Shown here piece after piece: positions 49,824 through 62,708 of a DNA stretch of 64,000 nucleotides. This DNA comes from Malacoraja senta (taxonomy: Eukaryota). The notes beneath the pieces were generated by a model. The model ran no database searches. It saw nothing but the letters and a program-made list of their open reading frames with translations, and was not told the DNA's origin. The position numbers and the translations under genes are program-made. Location: NCBI GenBank assembly GCA_038087875.1, contig CM075988.1:744001-808000 (forward strand), given 5' to 3'. How positions within the stretch are numbered: position 1 is the stretch's first letter; each line of letters opens with the position of its first letter.

Positions 49824-52718
49824 TCTGTTCCAAGCTGTGATTGGAAACTAAATATTCCAGGATTTCGTTGCTTCAGGGGTGATAGAATTGGAGGGGCAAG
49901 AGGTGGGGGTGTTGCATTGCTTGTCAAGGAAGATATTACAGCAGTTCTTTGGCAGGATAGATTAGAGGGCTCGTCTAGGGAGGCTATTTGGGTGGAACTG
50001 AGAAATGGCAAAGGTGTAGCAACACTTATAGGGGTGTATTATAGACCGCTAAATGGGGAGCGAGAATTGGAAGAGCAAATATGTAAGGAGATAGCAGATA
50101 TTAGTAGTAAGCACAAGGTAGTGATTGTGGGAGATTTCAATTTTCCACACATAGACTGGGAAACACATTCTGTAAAAGGGCTGGATGGTTTGGAGTTTGT
50201 AAAATGTGTGCAGGATAGTTTTTTGCAGCAATACATAGAGGTACCTACTAGAGAAGGGGCAGTGCTGGACCTCCTGTTAGGAAATGAGACGGCAGGTGGC
50301 GGAGGTATGCGTTGGGGAGCACTTCGGGTCCAGTGATCACAATACCATTAGTTTCAATATAATTATGGAGAGGGTCAGAACTGGACCTAGGGTTGAGATT
50401 TTTGATTGGAGAAATGCTAACTTTGAGGAGATGCGAAAGGATTTAAAAGGAGTGAATTGGGACATGTTGTTTTATGGGAAGGATGTAGAAGAGAAATGGA
50501 GGACTTTTAAAGGTGAAATTTTAAGAGTACAGAATCTTTATGTCCCTGGTACACAAAAATGCTGGAGAAACTCAGCGGGTGCAGCAGCATCTATGGAGCG
50601 AAGGAAATAGGTAACGTTTCGGGCCGAAACCCTTCTTCAGACAGGAAATATTAAAAATTGGAAAGAGCCATGGTTTTCAAGGGAAATTGGACACTTGGTT
50701 CGGAAAAAGAGAGATATCTACAATTATTATAGGCAGCGTGGAGTAAATGAGGTGCTTGAGGAGTATAAAGAATGTAAAAACAATATTAAGAAATAAATTA
50801 GAAAAACTAAAAGAAGATATGAGGTTGCTTTGGCAAGTAAGGTGAAAGTATATCCAAAGGGTTTCTACAGCTATATTAATAGCAAAAGGATAACAAGGAA
50901 TAAAATTGGTCCATTAGAGAGTCAGAGTGGACAGCTATCTGCAGAGCCAAAAGAGATGGGGGAGATATTGAACAATTTCTTTTCTTCGGTATTCACCAAG
51001 GAGAAGGATATGGAATAATGTGAGGTAAGGGAAACAAGCAGAGTAGCAATGGAAACTGTGAGATTCAAAGAAGGGGAGGTGCGGACACTTTTGAAAAATA
51101 TGAAAACGGATAAGTCTCCAGGTCCTGACAGGATATTCCATAGGACATTGAGGGAAGTTAGTGTAGAAATAGCAGGGGCTATGACAGAAATATTTCAAAT
51201 GTCATTAGAAATGGGAATAGTGCCGAAGGATTGGCGTACTGCGCATGTTGTTCCGTTGTTTAAAAAGGGTTCTAAGAGTAAACCTAGCAATTATAGACCT
51301 GTTAGTTTGACGTCAGTGGTGGGCAAATTAATGGAAAGGATCCTTAGAGATAATATATATAACCATCTGGATAAGCAGGGTCTGATTAGGAACAGTCAAC
51401 ATGGATTTGTGCCTGGAAGGTCATGTTTGACTAATCTTCTTGAATTTTTCGAAGAGGTTATTAGGGAAATTGATGAGGGTAAAGCAGTGGATGTTGTCTA
51501 TATGGACTTCAGTAAGGCCTTTGACAAGGTTCCTCATGGAAGGTTGGTTAAGAAGATTCAATTGTCTGGTATTAATGGTGGAGTAGCAAGATGGATTCAA
51601 CAGTGGCTGAATGGGAGATGCCAGAGAGTAATGGTGGATGGCTGTTTGTCAGGTTGGAGGCCGGTGACTAGTGGGGTGCCTCAGGGGTCTGTGTTGGGTC
51701 CAATGTTGTTTGTCATGTACATCAATGATCTGGATGATGGTGTGGAAAATTGGATTAGTAAGTATGCAGATGATACTAAGATAGGTGGTGTTGTGGATAA
51801 TGAAGTAGATTTTCAAAGTCTACAGAGAGATTTAGGCCATTTGGTAGAGTGGGCTGAAAGATGGCAGATGGAGTTTAATGCTGATAAATGTGAGGTACCA
51901 CATCTCGGCTGGACAAATCAAAATAGGACGTACATGGTAAATGGTAGCGAATTGAGGAATGCAGTTGAACAGAGGGATCTCGGAATAGCTATGCATAGTT
52001 CCCTGAAGGTGGAATCTCATGTAGATAGGGTGGTAAAGAAAGCTTTTGGTGTGCTGGCCTTTATAAATCAGAGCATTGAATATAGAAGTTGGGATGTAAT
52101 GTTAAAATTGTACAAGGCATTGGTGAGGCCAATTCTGGAGTATGGAGTACAATTTTGGTCGCCTAATTATAGGAAGGATGTCACCAAAATAGAGAGAGTA
52201 CAGAGGAGATTTACTAGAATGTTGCCTGGGTTTCAGCAACTAAGTTACAGAGAAAGGTTGAACAAGTTAGGTCTTTATTCTTTGGAGCACAGAAGGTTAA
52301 GAGGGGACTTGATAGAGGTCTTTAAAATTATGAGCGGGTTAGACAGAGTTGATGTGGATAAGATTTTCCCATTGAGAGTAGGGGAGATTCAAACAAGGGG
52401 ACATGACTTGAGAATTAAGGGACAGAAGTTTAGGGGTAACATTAGGGGGGAACTTCTTTACTCAGAGAGTGATAGCTGTGTGGAATGAGCTTCCAGTGGA
52501 AGTTGGTGGAGGCAGGTTCGATTTTATCCATTAAAAATAGATTGGATGGGTATATGGACGGGAAAGGAATGGAGGGTTATGGTCTGCGTGCAGGTAGATG
52601 GGACTAGGGGGAAGTAATTTAAAAAAATAAAACTAAAATTTTTAAAAAGTGATCGGCACGGACTTGAAGGGCCGAGATGGCCGGTTTCCGTGCTGTATTG
52701 GTTATATGGTTATATGGT
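49824..52718 (+). mobile_element. CR1 family A, most of ORF2 plus 3' tail, inserted into a minus-strand CR1 (49455-49823 and 52719-52945)
   Basis: 479-aa RT ORF at 51049-52488; (TTATATGG)n tail. The host CR1 reads continuously across the insertion. Confidence 0.92.
50613..50640 (-). ncRNA. Minimal hammerhead-ribozyme-like motif in a 94-bp insert
   Basis: CTGAAGA-A-GGGT-TTCG-GCCC-GAAAC-GTT: stem II capped by a UUCG loop, with an AACGTT palindrome at stem III. Confidence 0.5.
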
Positions 52719-52947
52719 TCTATAAGATCCCCCTCATCCTTCTAAACTCCAGTGAATACAAGCCTAGTCTTTTCAATCTTACCTCATATGACAGTCCCGC
52801 CATCCCAGGGATCAATCTCGTGAACCTACGCTGCACTGCCTCAATTACAAGGATGTCCTTCCTCAAATTATTAGACCAAAACTGTACACAATACTCCAGA
52901 TGTGGTCTCACCAGAGCCCTATACAACTGCAGAAGAACCTCTCTACT

Positions 52948-55418
52948 ATACTAATCAAATTGGCAGGGGTGCTGAGGAAGAGGATTTCTTGGAATGTATG
53001 CGGGATAGTTTTCTAAACCAACATGTAGAGGAACCAACGAGAGAGCAGGCTATTCTAGACTGGGTATTGAGTAATGAGGAAGGGTTAGTTAGCAGTCTTG
53101 TTGTGCATGGCCCCTTGGGCAAGAGTGACCATAATATGGTTTAGTTCTTCATTAGGATGGAGAGTGACATAGCTAATTCAGAAACAAGGGTTCTGAACTT
53201 AAAGAAAGGTAACTTTGAGGGTATGAGACGTGAATTGGCCAAGATAGACTGGCAATTGATTCTTAAAGGGTTGACGGTGGATATGCAATGGAAGGGTTTT
53301 AAAGGCTGCATGTATGAACTACAACAATTGTTCATCCCAGTTTGGCAAAAGAATAAATCAGGGAAGGTAGTGCATCCGTGGATAACAAGGGAAATCAGGG
53401 ATAGTATCAAAACAAAAGATGAAGCGTACAAATTAGCCAGAAAAGGCAGCCTACCAGAGGACTGGGGGAAATTCAAGTCCAACAGAGGAGGACAAAGGGC
53501 TTAATTAGGAAAGGGAAAATAGATTATGAAAGAAAACTGGCAGGGGACATAAAAACTGACTGCAAAAGTTTTTATAGATATGTGAAGAGAAAAAGATTAG
53601 TTAAAACAAATGTAGGTCCCTTGCAGTCAGAAACAGGTGAATTGATCATGGGGAACAAGGACATTGCAAACCAATTGAATAACTACTTTGGTTCTGTCTT
53701 CACTAAGGAAGACATAAATAATCTGCCGGAAATAGCAGGGGACCAGGGATCAAATGAGATGGAGGAACTGAGTGAAATCCAGGTGAGCCGGAAAGTGGTG
53801 TTAGGTAAATTGAATGGATTAAAGGCTGATAAATTCCCAGGGCCAGATAGGCTGCATCCCAGAGTACTTAAGGAAGTAGCCCCAGAAATAGTGGATGCAT
53901 TAGTGATAATTTTTCAAAACTCTTTAGATTCTGGAGTAGTTCCTGAGGATTGGAGGGTATCTAATGTAACCCCACTTTTTCAAAAGGGAGGGAGAGAGAA
54001 ATCAGGGAATTACAGACCAGTTAGTCTAACATCGGTAGTGGGGAAACTGCTAGTCAGTTATTAAAGATGGGATAGCAGCACATTTGGAAAGTGGTGAAAT
54101 CATTGGACAAAGTCAGCATGGATTTATGAAAGGTAAATCATGTCTGACGAATCTTATAGAATTTTTCAAGGATGTAACTAGTAGAGTGGATAAGGGAGAA
54201 CCAGTGGATGTGTTATATCTGGACTTTCAGAAGGTTTTTGACAAGGTCCCACATAAGAGATTAGTATACAAACTTAAAGCACATGGTATTGTGGGTTCAG
54301 TATTGATGTGGATAGAGAACTGGCTGGCAGACAGGAAGCAAAGCGTAGGAGTAAACGGGTCCTTTTCAGAATGGCAGGCAGTGACTAGTGGGGTTCCGCA
54401 AGGCTCAGTGCTGGGACCCCAGCTATTTACAATATATATTAATGATTTGGACGAGGGAATTGAATGCAACATCTCCAAGTTTGCGGATGACACGAAGCTG
54501 GGGGGCAGTGTTAGCTGTGAGGAGGATGCTAGGAGGCTGCAAGGTGACTTGGATAGGCTGGGTGAGTGGGCAAATGCATGGCAGATGCAGTATAATGTGG
54601 ATAAATGTGAGGTTATCCATATTGGTGGCAAAAACAGGAAAGTAGACTATTATCTGAATGGTGGCCGATTAGGAAAAGGGGAGATGCAACGAGACCTGGG
54701 TGTCATGGTACACCAGTCATTGAAAGTAGGCATGCAGGTGCAGCAGGCAGTGAAGAAAGCGAATGGTATGTTAGCATTCATAGCAAAAGGATTTGAGTAT
54801 AGGAGCAGGGAGGTTCTACTGCAGTTGTACAGGGTCTTGGTGAGATCACACCTGGAGTATTGCGTACAGTTTTGGTCTCCAAATCTGAGGAAAGACATTC
54901 TTGCCATAGAGGGAGTACAGAGAAGGTTCACCAGACTGATTCCTGGAATGTCAGGACTTCCATGTGAAGAAAGACTGGATAGACTCGGCTTGTACTCGCT
55001 AGAATTTAGAAGATTGAGGGGGGATCTTATAGAAACTTACAAAATTCTTAAGGGGTTGGACAGGCTAGATGCAGGAAGATTGTTCCCGACGTTGGGAAAG
55101 TCCAGAACAAGGGGACACAGTTTAAGGATGAGGGGGTAATCCTTTAGGCCCGAGATGAGAAAAACATTTTTCACACAGAGAGTGGTGAATCTCTGGAATT
55201 CCCTGCCACAGAAGATAGTTGAGGCCAGTTCATTGGCTATATTTAAGAGGGAGTTAGATGTGGCCCTTTTGGCTAAAGGGATCAGGGGGTATGGAGAGAA
55301 GGCAGGTACAGGATACTGAGTTGGATGATCAGCCATGATCATATTGAATGGCGGTGCAGGCTCGAAGGGCCGAATGGCCTCCTCCTGCACCTATTTTCTA
55401 TGTTTCTATGTTTCTATA
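52948..55418 (+). mobile_element. CR1 family B, 5'-truncated, frameshifted ORF2
   Basis: Near-identical to 4707-7170; TTTCTATG tail. Confidence 0.92.
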
Positions 55419-58229
55419 CTGAAATCCTCTTGTTATGAGGAGAGAGAGAAGAGTGGCGAGAGAGGAGGAGAGAGAAGGTAGAGAGAGAGGGGGAGAGAGA
55501 GAAGGCGGGAGAGAGAAGGGGGAGAAGGGAGCGTGGGGTTCATTTTCCCACACAAGCCATAGGTGACTGGGCAATCTGAACCCAAGCACCAAGTTGAAAG
55601 CGGCCGAAGGTGTGCATCGCTCGGTACAGCCCCACTCTCCCACAGCCACCCTCCGTGGGGTGCGGGTCGGGTGGAGCAGAGGTGTGGGACAATGTTCATG
55701 CCTTCACAGTGATGTGATGGACGCAGGGGTCTGGACCAATCGCTGACAAGTCCCGCCCTCTGGCAACGTCATGTCTGTTATTGGACTTTCCTGTTGAGCG
55801 GCAGTCGGTTCGTTGGCCTGTAGGCGACGCTGCCTTATGGGTAGGTGGCGTTTCGACAGAGCGGCCATTCGGTAAGTTTGCTTTTAGGCGACGCAGCTTT
55901 TCGGTTCGTTGGCTTTTAGGCGTCCCGCCCTTTTGGTTAGTTTGCATTTAAGCGTCCCATCCTTTCGGTTAGTAGGCGTTTCGTCTTCATGATCTTTCGG
56001 TTTATTGGCGTTTCGGCCTCGTTTCCACTCCGTTCTTTGGCTTCGACTTCTTTGCTTCGGCCTCTAGTCCATCAGCGCCACGTCCGCACACGATATTCTA
56101 CACTCTGGTAATTTTCTCTCTGCACGACGTGTTCTACTTGTACTTAATTTCATATGTCTAGAAATGATTTGCTCTATTTTTGGTCTCAACAACTTTGGAT
56201 ACCATATACAAGTACATCAGGTAGTGCAAATAAACCAAGTTTGGAATATAATGTTACAGCTACAGAGAAATGCAGATTTAAAAAAAGTGAAAGGGTCACA
56301 ATGAGGTAGATTGGAAGATCACGGAATTCATCCCCAGCATGAGATGATGCCAAAGTGGAAATGGTTGAGAGCTTCAAGTTCTTAGGCATAAATATCATAG
56401 AGCTTCTATGTAAAGCACAGGGGTGGGTCCTTTGGCTCACAATGTTTGTGCCGAACACTAAGTCTCTGCATGGCTCTGACCAACCATGGCTCTGAGCATG
56501 TATTTCTATTAGGCTAAAATACAAACACATGGATGTAATGCTGAGGCTTTATAAGGCGCTAGTCAGGCGGCATTTGGAGTATTGTGCGCAATTTTGGGTC
56601 CAATATCTGAGAAAGGATATGTTGGCACTGGAAAGGGTCCAGAGGTTTACGAGAATGATCCCGGGAATGATTGGGTTAACATATGATGAGCATTTGATGG
56701 TACTGGGCCTCTACTCACTGGAGTTTAGACAATAGACAATAGACAATAGGTGCAGGAGTAGTCCATTTGGCCCTTCGAGCCAGCACCGCCATTCAATGTG
56801 ATCATGGCTGATCATCCCCAATCAGAACCCCGTTCCTGCTTTCTCCCCATATCCCCTGACCCCTATTTTTAAGAGCCCTATCTAGCTCTTTCTTGAAAGC
56901 ATGCACAGAACCTGCCTCCACCGCCCTCTGAGGCAGAGAATTCCACAGACTCACAACTCTCTGTGAGAAAAAGTGTTTCCTCGTCTCCGTTCTAAATGAC
57001 TTACACCTTATTCTTAAACTGTGGCCCCTGGTTCTGGACTCCCCCAACATCGGGAACATGTTTCCTGCCTCTAGCGTGTCCAAACCCTTAACAATCTTAT
57101 ATGTTTCAATGAGATTCCCTCTCATCCTTCTAAACTCCAGAGTGTACAAGCCCAACTGCTCCATTCTCTCAGCATATGACAGTCCCGCCATCCCGGGAAT
57201 TAGAAGGATGAGTGGGTACCTCATTGGAACTTACCAAATTATGAAAGCTTGGATAGGGTGGATGTGGAGAAGATATTTCCACTAGTGGGAGTGTCTAGGA
57301 TCAGAGATCATAGCCTCAGAATAAAAGGACGTTCCTTTTGGAAGGAGATGAGGAGATGTGGAATTCATTGCCACAGAAGGCTGTGGAGGCCAAGGCAGAG
57401 ATTGATAGATTCTTGATTAGTATGGGTTTCAGGGGTTATGGGGGGAAGGCAGAAGGGTGGGCAGCCGTAATTGAATGGTGGAGCAGACTTGATGGGCCAA
57501 ATGGCCTATCACTTATGAAGTTCCACAAATGCACTGCAGAAAGCATTCTAACAGGATGTATCATAGCTTGATTTGGCCTCTGCCCAAGACTGCAAGACAT
57601 TGGAGAGAGTTGTGAATGCAGCCCAGTCCATCACACAGACCAACCTCCCCTCGCCCCCTTATCAACTGCATCTATACTTCACGCTGCGTCAGGAGAGCAG
57701 CCAACATAATCAAGGATCATTTTCAACCCAGTCATTCTTTCTCTTACCCTCCCCCCCCCTCCAGAAGGTACCAAAGCTTGAAAGCATGTCTCATCATGTT
57801 CAGGAAGAGAACTTCCCGCTGTTATCAGACTACTAAATGGTCCTCTCATAAGCTAGGGTGTAGCCCCAATCTTCCAACATGCCCCATTGGAGACATTGGA
57901 CGTTTCTCTAGAACTGAAAAGATACAATGCAGAAAACTATTCTGTACTCTGATATTATTCTCTTTGTTATACCTATTGTACCTGTGTATGATTTAATTGT
58001 ATTCATGTACGGTACTATCTGGATACCACTGAACAAAGGCTTGTGGTTTGGTACACGTGACAATAACCAACACCAATATTTTGGTCAAGACACTACACCA
58101 CGGCTGAGATTATAGAGGGAAGACAGCCAGTATAAAAAGGTGAGAGCCAGAGATAGGTGGAACAAGAAAAGGTGGAAGATGATGGGCAGATGGTGTCAGG
58201 TGGGACAGGGAAAGGGAGGGGTTTAGAGA

Positions 58230-58713
58230 CCTGGGCTGAACTTTAATACAACAGCACTACAATTTTTCGACCATCTTACTCACAAGTTTTGTTCATTTTG
58301 ATGTGATATTTTACAAGTTATTCACATTTTTAACTTTACAAAATCCCACTTTGAGAAACATTTCTTCCATCTGCACTGGCAGTTACAGCTATGATGTCAC
58401 AATGGGATCAAAATCCTTGCTGGCCCTGCCCGCAGCAATGTTGCAAGCTCAGAACACTGAGTCCTGCCAGCAAGTTTTTAAAGTTTAAAAACAGGAAGGC
58501 TGAACAGGAGGGGGTGGGAGTGCTGGGAGATAAGGGGAAATGAGCCGCCCCTGCGCAGTTGGGGGCTATGGGTGAGTGGTGGAATATCACGTTGGGGAAA
58601 CTGGTTGTGTTGGGGATATGGGTGAATGGTGGAATATTGCGTTGGGGAACGGGTTGCATTGGGGGACCATGCCTCCCGTGTGACAGGGACCCAACGGGTC
58701 CCACTTAGTCTAG
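58230..58713 (+). mobile_element. Non-autonomous Helitron-like element with a canonical 3' end
   Basis: Hairpin GGGACCC-AAC-GGGTCCC (58686-58702), 7-nt spacer, CTAG (58710-58713), then T. The 5' part resembles 28700-28810 and 27510-27630. Confidence 0.72.
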
Positions 58714-59689
58714 TGACATCTAAAATCCTGAAATCATTATAACTGCCGACTATTGGGAGAACAGGCAAAGTGAATATGGGACAACAATAACATAACTTAT
58801 CCATGATCTCCAGCCAGCATCTCTGGAGATCATGGATAAGATGTTTTAGGCCATGACCCTTCTTCAGACACAATTAAATCCTGTTTAACAGGTTGACTGA
58901 GATGCTTTTCTTCTGAGGGTTCAACTGGCAGAATTGATGAGAGAGAACCAGTGGATGCAATGTAGTTGGACATTTGGAAAGCTTTCATGAAAGATTATTA
59001 GGCAAAGTTAAAAGCCGCAGAGAAGAGGTATGGTAATGGTACTTTACCAGGTATGGTATGGTACTTTCCCACCTCCCCGGGACGAAAGGTGGGAAAGAAG
59101 GGGGGGTGGGGGGGTGGTAGGGGTTAAGGTACCAAAATGTATAGATAATTGGTCGGTAGACAAGAAGCAAAGGAGGAATGACTGATCTTTCTCTGAGTGA
59201 CACGCAGTGATTAAGGAACAAACAGGAAGAAGCAGAGAGGGACTACTGCGAAAACCCCAGCAATTCACCAATGATTTGATGGAAGTGTTTGGACTTGGAC
59301 AGTTACAGTGAGAGTTTTATAGCACAAAAACGTCCCAACTTGTGAACACCAACCAAGTTGCCTACCTGAGTTACTCTCATCTGCCTGCAGTTGGCCAAAA
59401 TCCTTTCTTTCCATGCAGCTACAGAATGCTGCAATTATCTCTACTGTTTCCTCTGGCAGCTTATTCCATACACTCCACACTGTGGAAATTGCCTCTCAGG
59501 TCCTCTTTAAATCCTTCACATCTCACCTTAAATATATGCCCTCTAGTTTTACGCTCGTCTACTTGAGGAAAAGGATTGTGACAAATCACCTGATTTATAC
59601 CTCTCATGACTTTATATCCCCCTCACCCGCCTATCCCTCAGGGAAAAAAAGTTCCAGTCTCTCCTTATATTCAGAAATAAAGAACTGCA

Positions 59690-60050
59690 AATGCTGGTTT
59701 ACAAAAAAAAATTCTGGAGAAACTCAGTGGGTCAGCATCTCTGGAAAACATGGATAGGTGATACTTCGGGTCGGGATCCTTCCAGACTGGGACTTGGGTA
59801 TTGTGCTGGTGCGGGGTGAAGAAAGTTGGTTGAGACTACGGGCTGGATAAAGACTGACAAGTGAAAGGGGGATACAGGTAAGCAGGGGGATTTTGTTAGG
59901 CAGATCGTTGGAGAGGCCAGAGATGAAAAGACTAAAGGTGTGAGATAAAGATAGAAGCGATGAGGATTGCAAAGCCAGAGGAAGGTATGTTGGTGGAAGG
60001 GGAGTTGGAGGCAAAACATTAGTCCAGGTGGTTACAGAGAAGGGAGGGGA
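59690..60050 (-). mobile_element. Penelope-derived pseudo-LTR repeat
   Basis: gcatctctggaaaacatggataggtga...ttcgggtcgggatccttccagact plus purine-rich flank, homologous to 22710-23090 and 24050-24440. Confidence 0.65.
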
Positions 60051-61286
60051 GACAGAAGTGTGGGATGCGAGTTTGGAAAGTTGTGGTGAATGCTGATGAG
60101 CTTAGACCCTGGATCAATGCCTCAGACTATGATGTTGCTGCCATTGCAGAAACAGAGTTGCAAGATGGACATCTGGCAGCTCAATTTTCTGGGGTTTCAA
60201 TATTTTATACATGATCAAGAGGGAGGCAAAAATGGTGGAGACGTTGCGCTACGGGTCAGGATGACTATCACACTGACACTGCGGGGTTTGTCCGCTGAGG
60301 CAAAATATTTCTAGTGTTCCCAAATGGTAAGCAGGAGATAGAGGAACAGATTTGCAGATGTTATCAAAAGATGCCAAAGCAGCAAGGTTGTCTTAGTGGG
60401 TGACTTTAACTTCTATACGAACTGGGACTTGCTCAGTGTCAAAGGCTTAGATGGGACAGAATTTGTAAGGTGTGTCCAAGAGGATTTCTTGAAACAGTAT
60501 GTGGATAGTTCAACCCAGGAACCGAACATACTCGACGATGTGCTAGAAAATAAGCCCGGTCAGGTGACTGGTGTTTTAGCGGAAGAGCATTTTAGGTATA
60601 GTGATCGAAACTCAGTATCAGTAAATGTTAAGATAGCTTTAAACATAGAGAAGGCAGAACCTTGCAGGAAGGTACCAAATTGGAGAAAGCAAACGGCAAC
60701 ATTATTAGGCAGATCAGGAGGGTACACTGGTAGTGGTTCTTATTGGATAAGTCCATATCTGACATGTGGGAGTCATTTAAAGGCTAGTTGATCAAAGTTC
60801 AGAACCGCTATGTTTTATTAAGGAGGAGGGATAAGGATAGCAGAGTAAGGATGGCCAAAGAGTAGTAAATTTGATCTAAAAGGAAAAGGAGGCGCAGGCA
60901 ACGTTTAAGAGGATGGAATCAGGCATAGAGAATAGACAATAGGTGCAGGAGTAGGCCATTCGGCCCTTCGAGCCATTCCACGTGATCATGGCTGATCATC
61001 CTCAATCAGTACCCCGTTCCTGCCTTCTCCCCATATCCCCTGACTCCGCTATCTTTAAGAGCCCTATCTAGCTCTCTCTTGAAAGTATCCAGAGAACCGG
61101 CCTCCACCGCCCTCTGAGGCAGAGAATTCCACACTCACAACTCTCTGTGAGAAAAACTGTTTCCTCGTCTCTGTTCTAAATGGCTTACCCCTTATTCTTA
61201 AACTGTGGCCCCTGGTTCTGGACTCCCCAAACATTGGGAACATGTTTCCTACCTCTAGCGTGTCCAAACCCTTAACAATCTTATAT

Positions 61287-61953
61287 CTTTCGATATTTTT
61301 GAAATATTTACAAAATTATTTAAGATAAGAATGGAACCTAATACTGAATTGATTATATTTGGAGTAATGGAAGAAGGGAATAAATTGAATTTGTCTCAAC
61401 ATTTATTTTTTAATTATGGTTTAATAATAGCAAAAAAATTATTACTTACATTTTGGAAAAATACACCAATACCAATGCTCAAAATGTGGATTGCAAGCAT
61501 GTTGGACACCGCACATCTTGAGGAAATGCGATTCCTCCTAATAGATAAATCAGACCAATTCATAACGAGTTGGTCTCCATTTGTCGTCTTTTTGGAAACA
61601 TATGGTGCAACAGAATTGTAAAAGCTAACTGTCTCGGGACTGGGCGAGGGATGGTCATAAGTATAAATAATGATCTCCTTACTTCTTTCTTTTTATTTTT
61701 TATTCTCTTTCCCCATTTTCTTTTCTTTAACTTTCTTCTTTCATTCTTTTGTCTTCTTCTTCTTCACACACTATATATCTCACGTTTTTCTATACTTTAT
61801 TATCTAATTTATTTTTCTTATTCTTCTTTATTATAATAAAAAAATAAGAAGCTGTACATAAAATGTATTATGAAAATATATATTAGGCACTTTGGTGCCA
61901 TACTTACTTCTAATAAAATTAAAATATTAAAAAAAAAAAAAAATTGAAAAAAA
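61287..61953 (+). mobile_element. 5'-truncated L1/Tx1-type LINE with poly(A) tail and 13-bp TSD, nested in a CR1
   Basis: TSD AACAATCTTATAT at 61274-61286 and 61954-61966. ORF 61331-61621 (AKKLLLTFWK...W...LEEMR...F...WSPF), T-rich UTR, AATAAA and A tail. Confidence 0.88.
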
Positions 61954-62385
61954 AACAATCTTATATGTTTCAATAAGATGCCCTCTCGTCCTTCTAAACT
62001 CTAGAGTGTACAAGCCCAGCCGCTCCATTCTCTCAGCATATGACAGTCCCGCCATCCTGGGAATTAACCTTGTAAACCTATGCTGCACTCCCTCAATAGC
62101 AAGAATTCCTCAAATTAGGGGACCAAAACTGCACACAATATTCCAGGTGTGGTCTCACTAGGGCCCTGAACAACTGCAGAAGGGCCTCTTTGCTCCTATA
62201 CTCGACTCCTCTTGTTATAAAGGATAACATGCTATTCGCTTTCTTCACTGCCTGCTGTACCTGCATGCTTACTTTCATAGACTGATGAACAAGGACCCCC
62301 AGATCCCGTTGTACTTCCCCTTTTCCCAACGACGCCATTTAGATAGTAATCTGCCTTCTTGTTTTTGATACCAAAGTGGATAACC

Positions 62386-62520
62386 GGGGTGGGAGATTGC
62401 AACCTTCACGTGGTCCGCCCTGTTTCGGCGAATGCAATCAACGTGGCGTGCACAATCAAATAAGATCAAATAGAACAAGTTGTCCTCCAACTTTAGACTG
62501 TGCACACCATACGCAAGGAG
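62386..62520 (+). mobile_element. 135-bp retroposed insert with a 12-bp TSD inside a CR1
   Basis: AAGTGGATAACC is duplicated at 62374-62385 and 62521-62532; family not identified. Confidence 0.75.
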
Positions 62521-62708
62521 AAGTGGATAACCTCACATTTATCCACATTAAACTTCATCAGCCATGCATCTGCCCACTCCCCCAACCTGTCCAAGTCACC
62601 CTGCACTCTCATAGCATCCACCTCACAGTTCACTCTGCCACCCAGTTTTGTGTCATCTGCAAATTTGCTAATGTTACTTTGAATTCCTTCATCCAAATCA
62701 TTGATGTA

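Larger units (their letters stand above)
48841..56092. mobile_element. Mutator-like (MULE) foldback element with ~600-bp inverted arms enclosing nested CR1s
   Basis: 48841-~49450 and ~55430-56092 are reverse complements (ORFs 48986+ and 55696- give almost the same peptide). Flanked by the 9-bp repeats ATGTTCTAC (48832-48840) and ATATTCTAC (56093-56101). Confidence 0.72.
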
